Part shown: positions 62,927 through 64,000 of the stretch, piece by piece
How the letters are laid out: every line of letters starts with the position of its first letter
Numbering within the stretch: position 1 is the first letter of the stretch
Source of the DNA: a bacterium
GTDB lineage: Bacteria; Desulfobacterota; DSWW01
Assembly (NCBI GenBank): GCA_040756235.1
Contig: JBFLZG010000126.1
Location: 1 to 64,000, forward strand
DNA length: 64,000 bases
Direction of reading: 5' to 3'
Translations under genes and position numbers: made by a program
Notes under the pieces: model-generated
What the model was told of the DNA's origin: nothing
What the model saw: only the letters and a program-made list of their open reading frames with translations
The model's database searches: none

Positions 62927-64000
62927 TTGAAGGAAAAGAGCCCGCGGATCCTTCTGGTGCGGCTGAGCGCCGTCGGCGATGTGATCAACACCCTGCCGGC
63001 CCTCGCGGCCCTGCGACAGCGCCTGCCCCGCGCCCACCTGGCGTGGCTGGTCGAAGACGGGGCCGCAAGCATCCTCGAGGGGCATCCGCTGCTGGACGAC
63101 CTCATTGTGTTCGAAAGGAGACGTCTCGGTCGGGCACTGAAGCGGATATCCCTCTGGGTGCGGGCACCGGAGCCGATCCTGAAGCTGCGGCGGCAGTTGC
63201 GCCGCAGGCGGTTCGACCTGCTGCTCGACTTCCACGGCAACCTGAGGAGCGGCGTTCTGGGAAGCCTGGCGGAGGCCGCTCTGCGCATCGGCTTCGGCCG
63301 CCGGGACAGCCGGGAAGGCAACTTCCTGTTCAGCGACTTCCACGTGTCGCTTGCCGAGCGGCGCATTCACAGAGTGGAAAAGCACCTGGCGCTGCTCCGG
63401 CCCCTGGGCATCCGGCCGGGAGCCCCTTCGTACTGCCTGCACGTGCCGCAGGCTGCCCGGGACTTTGCGGCGGATTATGTGCGAGCCCGTTTGCAGGAGC
63501 CGCACCGCCCCCTCGTCGTCCTGCATCCGGGTACGAGCGCATTCGGAGCCCACAAACGCTGGCCTGCGGAGCACTTCGCGAGGCTTGCCGAAGGCCTCGT
63601 GGAGCGCGTGTCGGCACAAGTCCTGGTGACCCATGGCCCGGGAGAGATCGAGCTGGCGCGCCAGGTGGCGGAACAGAGCCGCCATCAGGTCCTCATGCCC
63701 GAAACGGCGTCGCTTCAGGAGCTCGCGGCTTTGATCGAGCGGGCATCCGCTTTCGTGTCGGCCGACACCGGCCCCATGCACCTGGCTGCGGCGCTGAAGG
63801 TTCCGGTGGTGGCTCTCTTCGGTCCGAAAGACCCGGTCATCTACGGCCCTTACGGCACGGCCAGCCGCGTGCTCCTGCCGCCCCTGGACTGCTCCCCCTG
63901 CGGCTCCAGGCGTTGCCCGGACGCCCCCTGTATGAGATCCATCCACCCGGAGCGGGTCTTGGATGCGGTGCTGGATCTTTTAGAGGATACGCGAGGAGTC
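62927..64000 (+). CDS. Glycosyltransferase family 9 (LPS heptosyltransferase-like), runs off window end
   Basis: Hand translation from TTG: RILLVRLSAVGDV, LHPG....KRWP, DTGPMHLAAA, LFGP, C.PC...C...C; no stop before 64000. Confidence 0.9.
   Translation, partial: MKEKSPRILLVRLSAVGDVINTLPALAALRQRLPRAHLAWLVEDGAASILEGHPLLDDLIVFERRRLGRALKRISLWVRAPEPILKLRRQLRRRRFDLLLDFHGNLRSGVLGSLAEAALRIGFGRRDSREGNFLFSDFHVSLAERRIHRVEKHLALLRPLGIRPGAPSYCLHVPQAARDFAADYVRARLQEPHRPLVVLHPGTSAFGAHKRWPAEHFARLAEGLVERVSAQVLVTHGPGEIELARQVAEQSRHQVLMPETASLQELAALIERASAFVSADTGPMHLAAALKVPVVALFGPKDPVIYGPYGTASRVLLPPLDCSPCGSRRCPDAPCMRSIHPERVLDAVLDLLEDTRGV

Noticed and set aside
60124..63366. 1080-aa minus-strand ORF
   Set aside because: Antisense to three well-supported plus-strand genes
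1..64000. tRNA, rRNA, selenocysteine recoding, transposase, phage or defence genes
   Set aside because: None recognised by eye; tRNAscan, Infernal and HMM searches were not run, so small RNAs could be missed

Overview
GC-rich bacterial chromosomal window, most consistent with an anaerobic deltaproteobacterium (Desulfobacterota/Myxococcota-like); this is inferred from gene content and order only. It is mostly core and housekeeping genes. Left part: pheA-tyrA-aroA-cmk-rpsA-sppA-ihfB-HIT, mutL-miaA, an archaeal-type thymidylate synthase, proBA, amrS, apgM, fabF, an AsmA/YhdP-like protein and ccdA. Middle: a four-lipoprotein operon (COG3014-YcfL-LpoB-LpoB), coaE, surE-pcm-nlpD-apt, mnmA, a tandem-duplicated FAD-linked oxidoreductase, HtrA, a TolC-MFP-RND pump and iorAB-paaK-ACT. 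Right part: an octaheme HAO-like cytochrome, zur-znuACB with a palindromic Zur-type box, and a putative envelope/glycan-modification neighbourhood (UbiA/MenA prenyltransferase, methyltransferase, NifU-like, radical SAM plus WbsX-like pair, class V PLP enzyme, Thr-type sulfatase-like protein, GT9). I found no rRNA, tRNA, CRISPR array, transposase or phage gene. The most striking unexplained structure is a dense set of at least six families of small intergenic repeats. They include a 130-210 bp MITE-like family whose terminal arms co-vary from copy to copy, and GTAG-type REPs that repeatedly overlap stop codons. Two genes are missing from the ORF track: a 59-aa Zn-ribbon protein behind a sigma54-like promoter, and a GT9 that runs off the right edge. 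All calls come from motif recognition by eye; no database searches were run.
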